Below, one piece after another: positions 30,427 through 32,000 of a stretch of 32,000 nt of DNA. The number at the start of each line of letters is the position of its first letter. Position 1 is the stretch's first letter. The notes below the pieces were generated by a model. It was not told the DNA's origin. It saw only the letters and a program-made list of their open reading frames with translations, and made no database searches. The translations under genes were made by a program, and so were the position numbers. The DNA is from Promethearchaeota archaeon (GTDB taxonomy: Archaea; Asgardarchaeota; Lokiarchaeia; Sigyniarchaeales; SOKP01). The stretch is taken from positions 210,001 through 242,000 of the forward strand of contig JAUWGH010000001.1 of the NCBI GenBank assembly GCA_030606485.1. The letters run 5' to 3'.

Positions 30427-31608
30427 TTATTCATTATTTTTTTCTGTTTCTTTGGTTTTTATCTCATCAAATTTTTTTTCGACTGTTTTCTCGATTTGTT
30501 TGCCCTTTCCTTCTATATCTGCATCAATAGATTTACGTAATTCATCTCTCTCCTTTTGTCTATCCCTATAAAATGCCTTCTCAGCAATGGTTTTTTCAAT
30601 TACTCCCTTTTTACTTTCAATATCTGCTTTTATTTCAAATCTTTCCTTATCCTTTTCCTTTAATTTCTCCATTTTATATGCTTTATCGGCTATAGTCTTC
30701 TCTAATTCACTTTGTTTTCCTTCTATATCAAGTTTTATATCACTACGTTGTTGGTCTCGCTCCCTTTTTCGTTCAATCATAAACTTCTTTTCATCAACAC
30801 TCTTTTCAATTTCTTTCTGCGACCCTTCGATATCTGGACTTATATCTTTACGTTGTTGTTCTTGCTCTCTTTGTCGTTCAATCATAAATGCTTTCTCCGC
30901 AATTGATTTTTCAATTTGTTGTCCTGTACCTTCAATTTTAGGCTTCATTGAAGCGATTTGTTTATCTCTTTCCTTTATTTTTACAAATTTGAAAACTTTC
31001 TCTTCCAAACTCTTTTCAATATTTTTTCCTACACCTTCAATATCTGTTTGTATGGCTTTACGTTGGAGATCACTTTCCCGCTTTTTCTCTATCATAAATG
31101 CCTTTTCGGCCACTTTTTCCTCAATTTCTTTTTTTACTCCTTCTATATCAGGACTTATTGATTTTCGTCGTTCTTCTTGTTCCCTTTGTCGTTCAATCAT
31201 AAAGGCCTTTTCGGCCACTTTTTTCTCAATTTCTAATCCTGTTCCAATAATTCTTGGTTTTACTGATTTTCTTATATTATCCTTTTCACGACGTATATCC
31301 ATTCGATATGCCTTATCCGCGATATTACCGGCAATTGCTTTCTCAATTTTATCTAAATCCAGCTTAATACTGGCTCTCATTTTAGCTTCTGATTTCATTC
31401 TCTCAGAAATAAAAATTTTATCAGCAACAGTTTTAGCAATCTCTTTTTTACTCTGCTCAAATGATTCCTTTCGTTTTTCTTCAGTTTTTTCTAAATATTC
31501 CCTAATCTCGTTCTTTTCTTTTTGAATGAGATTTTTAAGCATCTCCTTTTCTTTTTCGATTTCTTCCGGTGTTTTTTTATTAATATTTTCATCTTCCAAA
31601 TTTTTCAC
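30427..31608 (-). CDS. Highly charged protein built from nine 35-aa tandem repeats; function unknown
   Basis: GTG-start 393-aa ORF; units such as VAEKAFMIERQREQEERRKSISPDIEGVKKEIEEK recur with an exact 35-aa period from residue 61 to 375. Confidence 0.85.
   Translation of the reverse strand: MKNLEDENINKKTPEEIEKEKEMLKNLIQKEKNEIREYLEKTEEKRKESFEQSKKEIAKTVADKIFISERMKSEAKMRASIKLDLDKIEKAIAGNIADKAYRMDIRREKDNIRKSVKPRIIGTGLEIEKKVAEKAFMIERQREQEERRKSISPDIEGVKKEIEEKVAEKAFMIEKKRESDLQRKAIQTDIEGVGKNIEKSLEEKVFKFVKIKERDKQIASMKPKIEGTGQQIEKSIAEKAFMIERQREQEQQRKDISPDIEGSQKEIEKSVDEKKFMIERKRERDQQRSDIKLDIEGKQSELEKTIADKAYKMEKLKEKDKERFEIKADIESKKGVIEKTIAEKAFYRDRQKERDELRKSIDADIEGKGKQIEKTVEKKFDEIKTKETEKNNE
30484..31428 (-). 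repeat. Intragenic 105-bp tandem repeat (9 units) with a 315-bp higher-order period
   Basis: GTTCAATCATAAA-type segments recur at multiples of 105 bp; units 2-4 match units 5-7 best. Confidence 0.85.
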
Positions 31609-31707
31609 GTTCCATATTGTCTAATTAATATAAGTGATAATTAGGAATTAAATTATTTCTGTATTTAAAATGAAAATAATTCTTAATAAAATTAGGTAAA
31701 TTTAATA

Positions 31708-32000
31708 TTATTTTATCGGAATCGGTGCAATATCATCAGCTACAGAATCCATCAAACTCAATAATGTAAATTTAAGTATAAGCATTTCATTTACCTCATT
31801 CATTAATCTTATATATTGGTTAGTTTCCTTTTCTATGCTATATTCCATTATTAAATTATCAAATTCTCGAAATAATTGGAATGTTAACTCTTCTTGTTGA
31901 TTTAAATCTAATCTTTGTCTAGAAATCCACTTATCAATTCTACTTTTTATTTCAATCTCTTTATTATCTCCTAAAACATAAGATACTTCTACCTGCTCTA
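31708..32000 (-). CDS. 3' end of a hypothetical protein that starts beyond the window (not in the supplied ORF track)
   Basis: The minus frame from 31998 is open for 96 codons (EQVEVSYVLGDNKEIEIKSRIDKW...DDIAPIPIK) to TAA at 31708-31710. Confidence 0.7.
   Translation of the reverse strand, partial: EQVEVSYVLGDNKEIEIKSRIDKWISRQRLDLNQQEELTFQLFREFDNLIMEYSIEKETNQYIRLMNEVNEMLILKFTLLSLMDSVADDIAPIPIK

Noticed and set aside
30484-31428. 105-bp periodic DNA considered as a CRISPR-like array, or as PPR/TPR repeats
   Set aside because: Units are in-frame coding repeats with no unique spacers and no cas genes; they lack the hydrophobic helix-pair pattern of PPR/TPR.
30587-31525. 312-aa plus-strand ORF rich in Ser/Phe/Ile
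   Set aside because: Antisense shadow of the Glu/Lys-rich repeat gene; its codons give few stops on the opposite strand.

Overview
An AT-rich archaeal chromosomal segment. The gene mix (three Rab-like small GTPases, two longin-type domains, Cdc48, a RING-like zinc finger, a tetraether-synthase-family radical SAM enzyme) points to an Asgard archaeon, most like Lokiarchaeia; this is inferred from family content, not from a marker gene. About 30 CDSs cover housekeeping and metabolism (Cdc48, acyl-CoA dehydrogenase, GH2 beta-galactosidase, GH20 hexosaminidase, LLM oxidoreductase, QueG/RdhA-like Fe-S protein, two MFS paralogs, fused nitroreductase), a VapBC toxin-antitoxin pair and a MoxR-ATPase/TraB-like partner pair. 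No rRNA, tRNA, CRISPR array or transposase was seen. Most interesting: (1) a 393-aa charged protein made of nine exact 35-aa repeats with nebulin-like period and motif; (2) a Rab-like pseudo-GTPase with a natural S17N-like P-loop next to a folliculin/SMCR8-like longin protein that keeps the LARG arginine-finger motif; (3) a GC-rich, end-paired ~100-nt element with its own TATA box and T-tract inside a 1.1-kb gene-free gap; (4) a Tes/GDGT-MAS homolog. All family calls come from motifs recognised by eye; no searches were run.
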